Shown: positions 19,362-30,972 of the stretch, piece after piece
Layout: each line of letters starts with the position of its first letter
How positions within the stretch are numbered: position 1 is the stretch's first letter
IMG/VR virus record: IMGVR_UViG_3300046804_003679
Coordinates: 1-46,320 of that record
From: a virus
Lineage: Duplodnaviria > Caudoviricetes
Direction: 5' to 3' (one strand)
Length of the DNA: 46,320 nt
Position numbers and translations under genes: made by a program
The notes under the pieces: model-generated
Databases searched by the model: none
What the model was told of the DNA's origin: nothing
What the model saw: the letters and a program-made list of their open reading frames with translations, nothing else

Positions 19362-19755
19362 TTTTTGATTTCATATCCATAATCTTCTCAAGCGTACGAC
19401 CACCAAAGTACGCGCTCATAATCAGCATGCCCCACTGACCTAATAGGTTCACGTAGGACTCTTTGGCGTCGTAGCCAAACGCTGACATCATGGCAAACAG
19501 AAAATAGCCGGCAAAAATCGCAACGAGCGAGAGCGGGCGGATGTTTTTAGAGAGCCACGAGTCGCTGGCAAGGTCAGCCTTCCAGCGCTCCGAAATATTG
19601 TTCTGCTCGTTCATGTCGGCGTTTAGCTCTGCCAGCCTGCCCTCTTGCTGCAACTTGATGAGTTCAGATTGGGCTTTTGCCTTGGCTTCTGGGTCGGGGA
19701 TCAGCTTGTCAATCAGCTTGGTCCCGATATCAAATAGGGCGGCGATTGGGAACAT
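19345..19755 (-). CDS. Putative holin (3TM, GTA-holin-like)
   Basis: LIDKLIPDP, DSWLSKNIRP, two hydrophobic helices, YFGGRTLEK; adjacent to endolysin. Confidence 0.75.
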   Translation of the reverse strand: MFPIAALFDIGTKLIDKLIPDPEAKAKAQSELIKLQQEGRLAELNADMNEQNNISERWKADLASDSWLSKNIRPLSLVAIFAGYFLFAMMSAFGYDAKESYVNLLGQWGMLIMSAYFGGRTLEKIMDMKSKNESKS

Positions 19756-19761
19756 TATTTC

Positions 19762-20205
19762 TTACCCCTTATGGCCCCATACAATATACCAGGCAACGAC
19801 TGCAGCCGCGAGAAAACAGTACAACTGAACTCTTTTAATTTTGTGTAGATCTTCGTTAAACAGCTTTTCATTTTCTTTTTTCTCCTTGATGAGGCGGGCC
19901 TTGATGACTTGGATATCGTCCCAGGCTTTTGGTCCGTAGGTCTTAATCACCTCGGCCTTCATCTTTTGTTCGAGGCGCTTTACCTCCTCGATGATTTTAA
20001 ACTCGTCAAACGCTTTTAAAATACTCTGATCAACTTGAATTTTTTGTGCCCGAAGCCGCTCCTGGGCGCGTTGCTGGGCTAGGTCAGTCGCTTCCTTTTG
20101 TACGTTGGCGATGCTGGTGGATAGCTCTTTACTCACGCCCCTAGCGGAGTCAAGGGTGCTACCGAGAGATTTTGCCCCTTCTAAAAAGTTGAGTGGATCT
20201 GACAT
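19762..20205 (-). CDS. Hypothetical coiled-coil protein with C-terminal TM helix
   Basis: 147 aa; C-terminal LYCFLAAAVVAWYIVW; in lysis cluster. Confidence 0.6.
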   Translation of the reverse strand: MSDPLNFLEGAKSLGSTLDSARGVSKELSTSIANVQKEATDLAQQRAQERLRAQKIQVDQSILKAFDEFKIIEEVKRLEQKMKAEVIKTYGPKAWDDIQVIKARLIKEKKENEKLFNEDLHKIKRVQLYCFLAAAVVAWYIVWGHKG

Positions 20206-20208
20206 TAT

Positions 20209-20442
20209 TCATTTGTCTACTTTTTGGTCTAGCTTGTCTTCGATGCGATGCAGAGATTTGAGCACCTCGTACCATCGATCTTGGAAGTCTTGTTTGGTGA
20301 CGTAGTGCTGGGGCAGTTCTTCTCTCAACTTGGCTAGGTCGTCTTTGAGTTCCTGTACGGCAGACCAAAGTTCACGGCAGAACCACCCCAATACCGCGCA
20401 GATAATCGGCAAAAAGGTGTTGATAATAACTTGCATGTCCAC
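20209..20442 (-). CDS. Small membrane protein (holin/antiholin-like)
   Basis: 77 aa; N-terminal TM then coiled coil; AGGAG RBS. Confidence 0.6.
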   Translation of the reverse strand: MDMQVIINTFLPIICAVLGWFCRELWSAVQELKDDLAKLREELPQHYVTKQDFQDRWYEVLKSLHRIEDKLDQKVDK

Positions 20443-20456
20443 CGTGAAATCTCCTC

Positions 20457-20681
20457 TTATTGGGTAGCTACTTCTTCTGGTTTCTTACTTAATGAGTCTT
20501 TAAGCATATTGAAAAACGCTTGCTTACCAATTTTGAGTTGGTCTAAGTTGAACTCAGACGAACTGATCTTACGGTCAAGGTCGATGCAGTGGTTAAACAG
20601 CACCTGTTGCTCTTGAGTTAAGTCTTCAAAATGATAATCAACGTTATCAATCGTGATGGGGGTCTTTTCATTTTTTCCCAT
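20457..20681 (-). CDS. Hypothetical protein (tail-fibre-associated)
   Basis: 74 aa with AGGAG RBS, downstream of fibres. Confidence 0.6.
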   Translation of the reverse strand: MGKNEKTPITIDNVDYHFEDLTQEQQVLFNHCIDLDRKISSSEFNLDQLKIGKQAFFNMLKDSLSKKPEEVATQ

Positions 20682-20706
20682 GTTACGCTCCTTTGTGGTT
20701 AAAAAA

Positions 20707-20928
20707 CTATTGGCTTGCGGCTTCTAGCGGACTTAGGTCTTCCGTGGTCCAAAAGTCCTTGGCAAGCATGATGCGGAGGTGTTCCTTATTACGGGCGATG
20801 GTATCTGCCCACTCCTCATCGGTTGTGTTCTCTGGCTTCTCGCCATTGATTAGGTTTACGGAATCCATCGCTGCCGAGTAGTGGCGAGCAATTTCTTCTG
20901 CGGTGATTTCTTGTATTAAGTCAGTCAT
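20707..20928 (-). CDS. Hypothetical protein, possible tail fibre assembly chaperone
   Basis: 73 aa acidic ORF directly after S74 fibre gene. Confidence 0.55.
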   Translation of the reverse strand: MTDLIQEITAEEIARHYSAAMDSVNLINGEKPENTTDEEWADTIARNKEHLRIMLAKDFWTTEDLSPLEAASQ

Positions 20929-20930
20929 GT

Positions 20931-22670
20931 TTATGCTCCGTTGTTAAGTTGTGCTTTAAGACTATCTACTTCTGCTTTTAACTCTTTAATTGCGTTAATC
21001 ATGTACCAAGTGAGGTTATCAGATTGAACTGATAAAAACCCTGTGCTTTCTTCTTTAACACACTCAGGCAGTACTTTTTGCAATTCTTGTGCGATAACGC
21101 CAATCTGAACACCTTCTTTATCAATAGCTAAGTGTGATGGTAATTCTGTAATTTCTTCAGCCTTACGATACTCAAAGTTACGAATTTGAATTGCGGTGAT
21201 TTTTTCAAGACCGACATTGTTATCTACGATATTCTTTTTAACTCGTTGGTCAGAAGTTGTTGACCAAGATGATTGGTTGTTGCCGTTATAAGGTATTCCA
21301 GATACAAAAAAAGTTCCAGCACCCTTACCAGTAATACTATTACCAAAGACATATTCACTGTTAACCGATGCTGATGATGCTTGAACGGCATATCCTACAT
21401 AAGTTCCAAAACCACCAGTAGTCAAGTTACTTGCGGCATTTAATCCAACAGCCGTTAACTGCCCATTTGCATTGTTCATACTTGAAGCAGCGCCATTACC
21501 AACTACAGTACAACCACCACCAGTAGTCATAGAGCTAAGAGCATTTTGACCAATTGCTGTATTACCAGAAGCGGTTGTGTTGTTATATCCAGCAGATTGA
21601 CCAATAAAAGCATTATTTGAACCTGTAGTAGAAGAAAAACCAGCAAATGACCCAACATAAGTATTTGCAGCTGCAGTAGTATTGTTATAACCAGCTTGAT
21701 AACCTACTGCTGTGTTATTAGATGCGGTGGTGTTGGCAACTAATGCTTCTTGCCCAACTGCTACATTGTTTGAACCAGTTGTATTGTTATATAAAGCATT
21801 TAAACCAACTGCAGTTCCAGCAGTTCCAGTTGTATTAGAACGATAAGCATTAGTCCCTACTGCTGTTCCTGATCCTGTTGTATTGGACACTAAAGCAAAA
21901 GCACCTATTGCGGTATTGCTGCCTGCAGTAGTATTTGAAGCTAGTGCATCAGTTCCAAAAGCAGTATTAAAAGAACCTGTGGTTGTATTGGCCCCAACAT
22001 AGTTACCCCATGAGCCACCAACAAAAGTATTAGCTGCACCACTTGTTACTTTTTGACCTGCTCGTATCCCAACAAAAACATTACCAGTTCCAGTTGTTAA
22101 ATCTGTTCCAGCATTGTTACCAACAGCCGTATTTGCAAGTCCTGTGGTGCATGCATCAAGAGCATCATCGCCAACAGCAACATTCACATATCCTGTCGTA
22201 TTTGCGTATAGTGCGTTTGAACCAATCGCTACATTATTAGTGCCAGTAGTATTGGAATATAACGCACGATAACCAATAGCAGTTATTGGACTGCCAGTAG
22301 TATTACTATATCCAGCCTGATAACCTACAGCAGTATTGTTACTAGCGGTGGTGTTGGAGAAAAGAGCAGAAGACCCGAGAGCTGTATTGCTTGAACCGCT
22401 TGTGTTGCTGTATAGGGCTGGTTGTGCGTTATTACCACCAACTGCAATGTTGTAGTTACCAGTCGTATTGCTGTATAGGGTGTAGTAACCCAACGCAGTA
22501 TTAGAAAGACCAGTAGTATTAGCGTTTAAAGCTCCATTGCCCACCGCAGTATTGGTCGCAATAGACCCACCGCCTTCGCCAACCCGTACACCGTTAATAG
22601 TATTGTCCGCAGAGGATACGTCACCGCCTGGCGATGTGATTCCTGTAGATCCGTTAATTACGACTGGCAT
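20931..22670 (-). CDS. Tail fibre with NTAVG..AL..NTTG repeats and C-terminal peptidase S74 intramolecular chaperone
   Basis: ~14-aa repeats; TSDQRVKKNI, GVIAQELQKVLPECV, coiled-coil end. Confidence 0.85.
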   Translation of the reverse strand: MPVVINGSTGITSPGGDVSSADNTINGVRVGEGGGSIATNTAVGNGALNANTTGLSNTALGYYTLYSNTTGNYNIAVGGNNAQPALYSNTSGSSNTALGSSALFSNTTASNNTAVGYQAGYSNTTGSPITAIGYRALYSNTTGTNNVAIGSNALYANTTGYVNVAVGDDALDACTTGLANTAVGNNAGTDLTTGTGNVFVGIRAGQKVTSGAANTFVGGSWGNYVGANTTTGSFNTAFGTDALASNTTAGSNTAIGAFALVSNTTGSGTAVGTNAYRSNTTGTAGTAVGLNALYNNTTGSNNVAVGQEALVANTTASNNTAVGYQAGYNNTTAAANTYVGSFAGFSSTTGSNNAFIGQSAGYNNTTASGNTAIGQNALSSMTTGGGCTVVGNGAASSMNNANGQLTAVGLNAASNLTTGGFGTYVGYAVQASSASVNSEYVFGNSITGKGAGTFFVSGIPYNGNNQSSWSTTSDQRVKKNIVDNNVGLEKITAIQIRNFEYRKAEEITELPSHLAIDKEGVQIGVIAQELQKVLPECVKEESTGFLSVQSDNLTWYMINAIKELKAEVDSLKAQLNNGA

Positions 22671-22671
22671 A

Positions 22672-23847
22672 TTAATTTACTCCTTTAAGGGCTGCTACTT
22701 CTGCTTTCGTAGCGTCTAATTCTGCTTTGAGTTCTTGGATTGCGGCTGTTAGTGTTGCGACTAAGAATGATGTATCAACACCCTGATAAACTGGTTTTCC
22801 AGTTTCATCAACAGCATCTTTTTGACCAGTTACACAATCAGGAATTATTTCTGCTAGTTCATGAGCAACAAATCCTTGACTTGAGCCACCGCCCCAAAAC
22901 TCTTTCCAATCCCATTTTGATGGTTTTAGTTTTGTTACTGTTTCAAGAGCATTTGTAATTGGCTGAATATTATCTTTTAAACGATAATCTGAGCCTGTGT
23001 TGTAAGAAATTGTTGTTCCATTTGAAGTAATGTTTGAAATACCAACACCAGCTTTTAAGAAATTTACAAAATAATAAGTGCCACCGTTTACTGTTGCATC
23101 AAATTGCCCGCAATAGCCGCCTGCTGCATTTTGTTGAAAATATGCAATATTCCCACCTTGAGAAACAACAAGTCTTGCTGGCACGCTGCCTGGTGAAGAA
23201 TTACCAATTCCAACATAACCATCAGAATCAATACGCATACGCTCTAAACCATTAACACCATTACTCCTAGCCGAGAAAAATACCAAAGTTCCGTTAGTGC
23301 TGGTATTAGGACCCCACGCACCAATTTGACTGTTGTTAGATTGATACGAAATATGAGTGCCAGTAGTGTTGGTTGTTACTGCTCCAGAGAACATACCAGA
23401 ACCAGCTACTTCAAACTTATTTCCTGAACTAGTCGTACCAACCCCCACATTACCGCTAGAGTCGATACGCATACGCTCTGTGTTGTTGGTAAGAAAAATT
23501 TGTGGGATATTTGTAATTGTTCCCATAAATCCAAGATTTGCACCGTACCCTGTATTTGTAGAGCCTGTAGTGCCTAATCCAGTAGCTTCACCACCAGCGT
23601 TGTAAGTTCTAATAGAACCAGCGTTTGCTGCACTTGTTCCTGTTATCCGAGTTTGAAAATCGCTAGAAGCCTGAGAAACATGAAGTAAATTACTGGGACT
23701 AGCCGTACCAATCCCCACATTCTGCGAGGTATCAACTGTTATAGCAGTCGTAGAGCCATTCGTGGCTAGTTGGAGTACGCCAGAAGTGTCGCCAGAGAGG
23801 TTTAACGATGTACCTGACGTTGTACCTGCGCTGATAATTGACGCCAT
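22672..23847 (-). CDS. Tail fibre with peptidase S74 chaperone domain
   Basis: ERMRIDSSGNVGVG repeats; GSDYRLKDNI, GFVAHEL, LTAAIQEL. Confidence 0.85.
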   Translation of the reverse strand: MASIISAGTTSGTSLNLSGDTSGVLQLATNGSTTAITVDTSQNVGIGTASPSNLLHVSQASSDFQTRITGTSAANAGSIRTYNAGGEATGLGTTGSTNTGYGANLGFMGTITNIPQIFLTNNTERMRIDSSGNVGVGTTSSGNKFEVAGSGMFSGAVTTNTTGTHISYQSNNSQIGAWGPNTSTNGTLVFFSARSNGVNGLERMRIDSDGYVGIGNSSPGSVPARLVVSQGGNIAYFQQNAAGGYCGQFDATVNGGTYYFVNFLKAGVGISNITSNGTTISYNTGSDYRLKDNIQPITNALETVTKLKPSKWDWKEFWGGGSSQGFVAHELAEIIPDCVTGQKDAVDETGKPVYQGVDTSFLVATLTAAIQELKAELDATKAEVAALKGVN

Positions 23848-25194
23848 TTAATTTGCTCCTTTTAATGCAGCGATCTCGGCTGCTTGTGCTTCTACTTTTG
23901 CGTTGAGTTCTTGGATTGCTTTCATCAAGGCATATTGCAAGTCTGTCTGATAAATAGATAGACGCATCTTAGAGCCGTCTTTTTCTAAAGACCAATCAGA
24001 TTCCATGACTAACTCAGGAGCAACTGATTGGACATCTTGTGCAATTACACCAAGAGTTAAACCATCGTCTGTTTCTCTGTTTTGGTCAATGTAATTAAAT
24101 GTCTTAACTGGAATAGCACAAATCTTATCAAGGTAAGAACCAGCTAACTGAATATTGGTCTTTTCTCTTTCATCGGACAAATTAACATTGTTTGCTGAAT
24201 AGTTTGCAATACCGCCATTTGAACGCACAACAAATCTAGGGCTAGAATCACCTGTATAAATAAATTCTTCACCTGTGCTATTTGGCACTCTACCAGTATA
24301 TGCAATCTGCATTCCATAGGCAGTAGTGGCATTGCTGTTATCTAGGTAGAGAACATTACTAGATGCGGTTTGCTTCACACTAGTTTTGCCACTAACAGTT
24401 GTAGTTCCAACCAACAAATTACCACTAGAGTCAATACGCATACGCTCGCCATTGACACCGCTAAAGATATACCCTGTAGCACCACTTTGATTTCCGTAGA
24501 ACTGTAAAAGACCAGTCGCAGCAACACGACCAATATCGTATGTAAACTGAGCGCCTGTCGCAGCATTACCTAGTCTTAATTGAATATCTCCAGTAGTGCT
24601 TACATCTAGTTTTTGTCCAGGCGAACTAACACCAATACCAACATTACCGCTAGTATCTATGCGCATTGACTCTGAAAAAGACACAGTGCCGCCAGCCGTG
24701 CCAGAAGCAGCCGTGTACCAAATGTGTAGACCTTGACCCATAATGTATTCTGAAGCAAAACCGTTGGTTAAATAAATACGGTTTGTACCATTATAAAAAG
24801 CATTATTGGTATAAAAACTAGATGTGTTTCCAGATAAACCAGACCAAAGTGAAGTGGTTGTGCCAAGTTGTAAAGCTCTGAATCCTGACCAAGCACTAGG
24901 AGTAACACCAATCCCCACATTACCACTACTATCAATCCTCATCGACTCAACACCGCCCTCAGAGAACGCAATCGTATCGGCTGCGGGAGAAAAGATACCC
25001 GTATTGGTGTCGCCAGTAAATGTAATGGAAGGTGAAGCGGCAGAACCAGCAGCGAACTGAACGGTTTGTGCGCCGCCAGTAACGACCATTGTTCCAGAAG
25101 TGGTTGGTAAAGTAATTACCGTAGACCCTGCTGCTGATGGAGCAGATAAGGTTACTGAGCCTGAGACGTCACCTGCTACGACTAAAGAAGCCAT
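23848..25194 (-). CDS. Tail fibre with peptidase S74 chaperone domain
   Basis: MRIDSSGNVGIG repeats; LSDEREKTNI, GVIAQDVQSVAPELV, MKAIQEL. Confidence 0.85.
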   Translation of the reverse strand: MASLVVAGDVSGSVTLSAPSAAGSTVITLPTTSGTMVVTGGAQTVQFAAGSAASPSITFTGDTNTGIFSPAADTIAFSEGGVESMRIDSSGNVGIGVTPSAWSGFRALQLGTTTSLWSGLSGNTSSFYTNNAFYNGTNRIYLTNGFASEYIMGQGLHIWYTAASGTAGGTVSFSESMRIDTSGNVGIGVSSPGQKLDVSTTGDIQLRLGNAATGAQFTYDIGRVAATGLLQFYGNQSGATGYIFSGVNGERMRIDSSGNLLVGTTTVSGKTSVKQTASSNVLYLDNSNATTAYGMQIAYTGRVPNSTGEEFIYTGDSSPRFVVRSNGGIANYSANNVNLSDEREKTNIQLAGSYLDKICAIPVKTFNYIDQNRETDDGLTLGVIAQDVQSVAPELVMESDWSLEKDGSKMRLSIYQTDLQYALMKAIQELNAKVEAQAAEIAALKGAN

Positions 25195-25203
25195 AATATT
25201 TCC

Positions 25204-25959
25204 TTATAAAACGACCCAGCGTGACCCGCTGGAGACTGTGACTGATTGACCACTTGCAACGGTGACAGGACCAGAAGATATCGCGCTGTTACCTGCAGCA
25301 ATTGTATAGCTGGTAGAAATTGTTTGGCTATTCACAAAGATGCCGTTGCTTGCAACTACAGCGCTTGATTGAAGTTCACCGGTGGATGGTTTATATAAAT
25401 ACTTCGCATTTGATGTGTAAAGGTTTTCGGCTGTTCCGCTTGTCGCTGCGGCAAACACCGGATACAAATTCGTTGAGGTGCTGGTGTCGTTACTAAGCGC
25501 TGATCCGCCGATCGACTTCCACGCAGGTGATGAGCCACTGTAGCCTTCAAACTGGTTTGTTGTGGTGTTATAGCGCATCATACCAGTGGCTGGTGATCCA
25601 GGCTGCTGGAGTGTTGTTCCTTTGCTGATTAACAACGCGCCGGTTGAGCTAAACGTTGAGTCGGCGGTCGCTGTTAACGCGCCGGTAATTGCTAGAGTGC
25701 TGCCGTTCCAAGTTAGGTTAGACGACGCGCCAAAGTTGCCGCTGCTGTTAAACTGAATCTGTGTGTTTGATCCGGCAGGTCCAGTGGCGGTTGACTTGCT
25801 GGCAATTAACTGCACCACTCCGCCGCTGTCTTTGTAGTACAGCTTGCCGTCGTTAATGTTAATCGCTAACTCACCGTTAACTAAATTGCCAGCAGTGGGC
25901 GCAGCACTCGCGGTGGTGCTGTAGTATAAACTAATCGGTGTATAGCCTGCCTGTGCCAT
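25204..25959 (-). CDS. Tail fibre anchor/adaptor protein
   Basis: N-terminal PTAGNLVNGELAININDGKLYYK; GMMRYNTTTNQFEGY; C-terminal YTI...GPVTV...VTV..GSRWVVL. Confidence 0.65.
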   Translation of the reverse strand: MAQAGYTPISLYYSTTASAAPTAGNLVNGELAININDGKLYYKDSGGVVQLIASKSTATGPAGSNTQIQFNSSGNFGASSNLTWNGSTLAITGALTATADSTFSSTGALLISKGTTLQQPGSPATGMMRYNTTTNQFEGYSGSSPAWKSIGGSALSNDTSTSTNLYPVFAAATSGTAENLYTSNAKYLYKPSTGELQSSAVVASNGIFVNSQTISTSYTIAAGNSAISSGPVTVASGQSVTVSSGSRWVVL

Positions 25960-25961
25960 AT

Positions 25962-27005
25962 TTATTCCTTATAATACTCGAGGTTTTTTATTAATCTCTC
26001 GTTATTGGGTTCAAATTTCAAAGCGTTTTCGCCGTGTCGTATTGCTTCCTGTTTAAATCCTAATCTGTACGCTGCAATTGCCGCTAAGTCGTGCGGTCTT
26101 GCCTTCCAGTTGTTTGCGTCGATTGTGTACGTATAGGTACACTCTGTCAGCTTGAGTGCGTTACATGCTGCGCCGTAACACTCCTCCCATAATCCTTTTC
26201 TGTAGCACGCCTGTGCTAACTCGCACCATGTCTCGCGCACGCCTGGGTCTTCAGATACTGCTCGACGGTACCAGTTCATGCCGTCTTGCCCCAGGTTATC
26301 GTAGCAGTTACCAATCAGCCTCATGGCGTATGCTCGCTCGTTGTTCCATGTGGCCTCTGGCATTGCCAGATACTTTTGTAGCGCTACTATCGCCTCACTC
26401 CAACGCTGGTAGTATGTTAACTCCCGTGCGTAGTAAAACGCATTACGTGGGCAGCTTGGGTCTTCTTTTACCGACATCTCAAGCAGGTCTAAGTACTGAC
26501 CCCTTGATTTTGTCTCGTCTGGGTGGTGCGTAATTAACAACATCTCACTGTACGCCCAGACTTCTTTTGTCCTGTGATCCGGTCTGATGTACTCATGGCA
26601 CGGATGATGCCAGTGATACCCTTTGCGGCTGTGTAGTTTCGTACTATAAAATACTTTGCCGTGACCCCAATCAAACTTGTAACTCATGCGTGTGGTTTCT
26701 GGTGTCCACAAGCGCTCTATCTCATCGCGCCAACCAGGCTCTAACTGCTCATCTAAATCTAGCGATATGCAGACGTCAATGTCAGCGGGGAGTAGTGCCA
26801 GAGCGGCATTCCTAGCATGATCGAAGCGCCAAGGAGAAATGCAAATGCTATGAACAACAGCCCCATACTTTTTAGCCTCCTCGACCGTTCCGTCGGTTGA
26901 TCCCGTGTCGGCGATCATAATATAATCTGCTAGTTTACTTGATTCGCAGAATGTTTTTACAAACTGCTCCTCGTTTTTGCTAATCGCATATACAGCGATT
27001 TTCAT
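25962..27005 (-). CDS. GT2 family glycosyltransferase with C-terminal TPR repeats
   Basis: KNEE, DTGSTDGT, FDHARNAAL, LDLDE (DxD), CHE; TPR-like helices. Confidence 0.9.
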   Translation of the reverse strand: MKIAVYAISKNEEQFVKTFCESSKLADYIMIADTGSTDGTVEEAKKYGAVVHSICISPWRFDHARNAALALLPADIDVCISLDLDEQLEPGWRDEIERLWTPETTRMSYKFDWGHGKVFYSTKLHSRKGYHWHHPCHEYIRPDHRTKEVWAYSEMLLITHHPDETKSRGQYLDLLEMSVKEDPSCPRNAFYYARELTYYQRWSEAIVALQKYLAMPEATWNNERAYAMRLIGNCYDNLGQDGMNWYRRAVSEDPGVRETWCELAQACYRKGLWEECYGAACNALKLTECTYTYTIDANNWKARPHDLAAIAAYRLGFKQEAIRHGENALKFEPNNERLIKNLEYYKE

Positions 27006-27018
27006 AGACTACTCCTAG

Positions 27019-28830
<1,812 letters not shown>

Positions 28831-28831
28831 T

Positions 28832-29443
28832 TTAGGTGTATGTAAATAAGTTTAAGGCAATCGCAGAATCAACACTCGTCGTAACAGAAACTTCCACACT
28901 TGTTGGTATCCCATACGCGGGAACTGTTACACTGATGTTGTTTTCGTCAATCACTGTAAAATCAGCAGGAATACCACCAATTAATACGCTAGAAACATTT
29001 CTAAAATTACTGCCACCAATTGTTGCAGAGTATCCACCATTTCTTGCGCCGGTATCTGGTGTGATAGATACTACTGACGCGCGCACTGGTGGTGATGTAT
29101 TGCTTATGGTATTTAAGTTACCCTGAGCAGCTGCAGCTGGCAAAATGCCTTCTAATGTTAAGTTATCGTATTGCTGTGGATCGTTAGCGTTGCCCTGGGT
29201 ATTTAATAAATTAGGTCCAGTTGCAACAGATACATCGGGGCGTGGAAAACGCAACGCAATATTTTCTGTTTGACGGGCGGGTAACCGCCACGGATCATAA
29301 TTATCTAAATCATCTTTGCACACCCGCATCCCAGGGAAATTGGGGTCGGGCATTAAATCTGTGTACGCAAATTTCCTGCTACAGCGATCACAGATCGCTA
29401 TAGACAGGACGGAATTACCCCTAGTGTCGAGGTAAACAGGCAT
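28832..29443 (-). CDS. Virion protein with N-terminal Cys motif and C-terminal IPT/TIG Ig-like domain
   Basis: AICDRC...RVC; C-terminal SITPDTG..NGG...TI.GSNF....SV..GG. Confidence 0.65.
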   Translation of the reverse strand: MPVYLDTRGNSVLSIAICDRCSRKFAYTDLMPDPNFPGMRVCKDDLDNYDPWRLPARQTENIALRFPRPDVSVATGPNLLNTQGNANDPQQYDNLTLEGILPAAAAQGNLNTISNTSPPVRASVVSITPDTGARNGGYSATIGGSNFRNVSSVLIGGIPADFTVIDENNISVTVPAYGIPTSVEVSVTTSVDSAIALNLFTYT

Positions 29444-29446
29444 GGG

Positions 29447-29779
29447 TTACCCCTTAACGCCAGCTTGGATTATAGTGAATGTATCACCATCGGCAGCACC
29501 AGTTAAACGAATTGCTCGAATTGGATGTCCAATAAAATTTGGACCATTTGGAAATTTAGTAAGATCCGGTGTTTGCCAATTCCAAGTTGTTTGTTCAACA
29601 AAATTACCGTTTTCTTTTGGAAATGGGTCAGCATACGAAACTTCAACTGTCCCAGCACTGCTTGTAAAAAAAGTAATTGCTGTTGGGTCTTGGTATTGAT
29701 CAACAATGATCGGAATTGTACTAAACGTCTCTAATTCGGCGCCGTTACCAATGTCCGCTGTTGCGGTTATTTGACGCAT
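29447..29779 (-). CDS. Hypothetical structural protein
   Basis: 110 aa beta-rich, ends PIRAIRL...TIIQAG; AGGAG RBS. Confidence 0.6.
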   Translation of the reverse strand: MRQITATADIGNGAELETFSTIPIIVDQYQDPTAITFFTSSAGTVEVSYADPFPKENGNFVEQTTWNWQTPDLTKFPNGPNFIGHPIRAIRLTGAADGDTFTIIQAGVKG

Positions 29780-29792
29780 GATTGGCTCCTAA

Positions 29793-30314
29793 TTAGTTGT
29801 TGGTGTAGCCAGAACCGTATGGAGTAATTGAACCGTCAGCGTTACGTGCGGTGTACTCTACAGAAAGAACACCAGCCAATGTGCCAGTAATCGAAGTACG
29901 GGCCCAAGTAAAAGTCACAGTGGAGTCAACAGAACCATTGTTTGCGGCTTCAGCAGCAGCGGTCGTGGTTGCGGTAAACGCAATACCAATTACGCCACCG
30001 GTGGTGTTGGCGGTAATCGTTCCAATCGTTACACCGTCAACGGCAACAGTAATGACGCCGCCAACTAATGCGGAAGGGGCGGTTGTTGCGTATAGTTTAA
30101 CATCGGAGATGATAGAACCGGCTGGGATTACAAATGCAGACGCGGCAGACTCACCAATTTTGGTGGTGCTAATTGCGCCAGCGGCTGCTACACCAGTGAA
30201 TGTGGCTTGTTGTGATACGATGGCTGCGCCAGTGTTATCTGGAGCAATAGTACCATCGTTAGATGGGTTGTTTCGCTTAAAAATGCGAATGGGGGATGTA
30301 AATGTGCTAGACAT
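29793..30314 (-). CDS. Putative capsid decoration/structural protein
   Basis: 173 aa Ala/Thr-rich, IPAGSII motif, follows MCP. Confidence 0.55.
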   Translation of the reverse strand: MSSTFTSPIRIFKRNNPSNDGTIAPDNTGAAIVSQQATFTGVAAAGAISTTKIGESAASAFVIPAGSIISDVKLYATTAPSALVGGVITVAVDGVTIGTITANTTGGVIGIAFTATTTAAAEAANNGSVDSTVTFTWARTSITGTLAGVLSVEYTARNADGSITPYGSGYTNN

Positions 30315-30411
30315 TGTTGTGTTTCCTTATCTCAGTGGGTATCCCAAGCTGTCTCTGAGTCGTCTCACCGGGAAGTAGCGGCGGTCAGAATGGGATTAAT
30401 CTTCCTATACC

Positions 30412-30442
30412 TACTAATGCAAATTATTATATAAAACCGCCC
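30412..30442 (-). promoter_or_regulatory. Putative phage late promoter GGGCG-N16-TGCATTAGTA
   Basis: Exact bipartite motif, 16-nt spacer. Confidence 0.75.
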
Positions 30443-30900
30443 TAGTTGGCGTATTTATTGGATTTTTTGACGTTTTCGCTGCCGGGGATAACTCGCAGGT
30501 TGCTGGGGACGTGCAGGCCGGATACATTTTTGCCTTGCAGGGGGATAATATGGTCGACGTGCCACGGGAAACTAAATAGGTTTGTGCGTAACTGGGCGAA
30601 ATGGTATGCTTCTTCAATAATCCAAAGGTCAGTGTCAGTTAGCCATTTTGGGGTACGTTGGAGCTGTGCAGCTTTGCGTTTGGCTTGAAGTGCTGCTTTT
30701 ATGTGTTTGTTTTTAGAATTCCAAATACGATTTATTGCGTTATGTTTTTGTTTATTTTCTTGCCGCCATTTTGCTTTTTTAGCTGTAGTTTTTTCTGGGT
30801 TAGCTAATTCCCAAGCACGAGCGCGTTTTTTGGTAAGATCTTTATTGCGTTCATACCATTCTTTTGCTATACGTTTTTGGTTTTCTTTATCTCTTGCCAT
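30442..30900 (-). CDS. HNH endonuclease (free-standing homing type)
   Basis: Basic N-terminus; RTPKW; HVDHIIPLQGKNVSGLHVPSNL...EN..KSNK. Confidence 0.9.
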   Translation of the reverse strand: MARDKENQKRIAKEWYERNKDLTKKRARAWELANPEKTTAKKAKWRQENKQKHNAINRIWNSKNKHIKAALQAKRKAAQLQRTPKWLTDTDLWIIEEAYHFAQLRTNLFSFPWHVDHIIPLQGKNVSGLHVPSNLRVIPGSENVKKSNKYAN

Positions 30901-30914
30901 ATCTATACTAATGC

Positions 30915-30945
30915 AAAAAACCCAGCTTTGTGGGCTGGGTTTTTT
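30915..30945. terminator. Intrinsic terminator after major capsid gene (bidirectional form)
   Basis: AAAAAA-CCCAGC-loop-GCTGGG-TTTTTT. Confidence 0.8.
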
Positions 30946-30972
30946 GGTTTTTTACAACTTTTTTAAAGCTGA

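Noticed and set aside
20931-25194. Fibre repeats as a diversity-generating retroelement TR/VR pair
   Set aside because: No reverse transcriptase in the window and no adenine-specific mismatch pair noticed; repeats are short structural motifs
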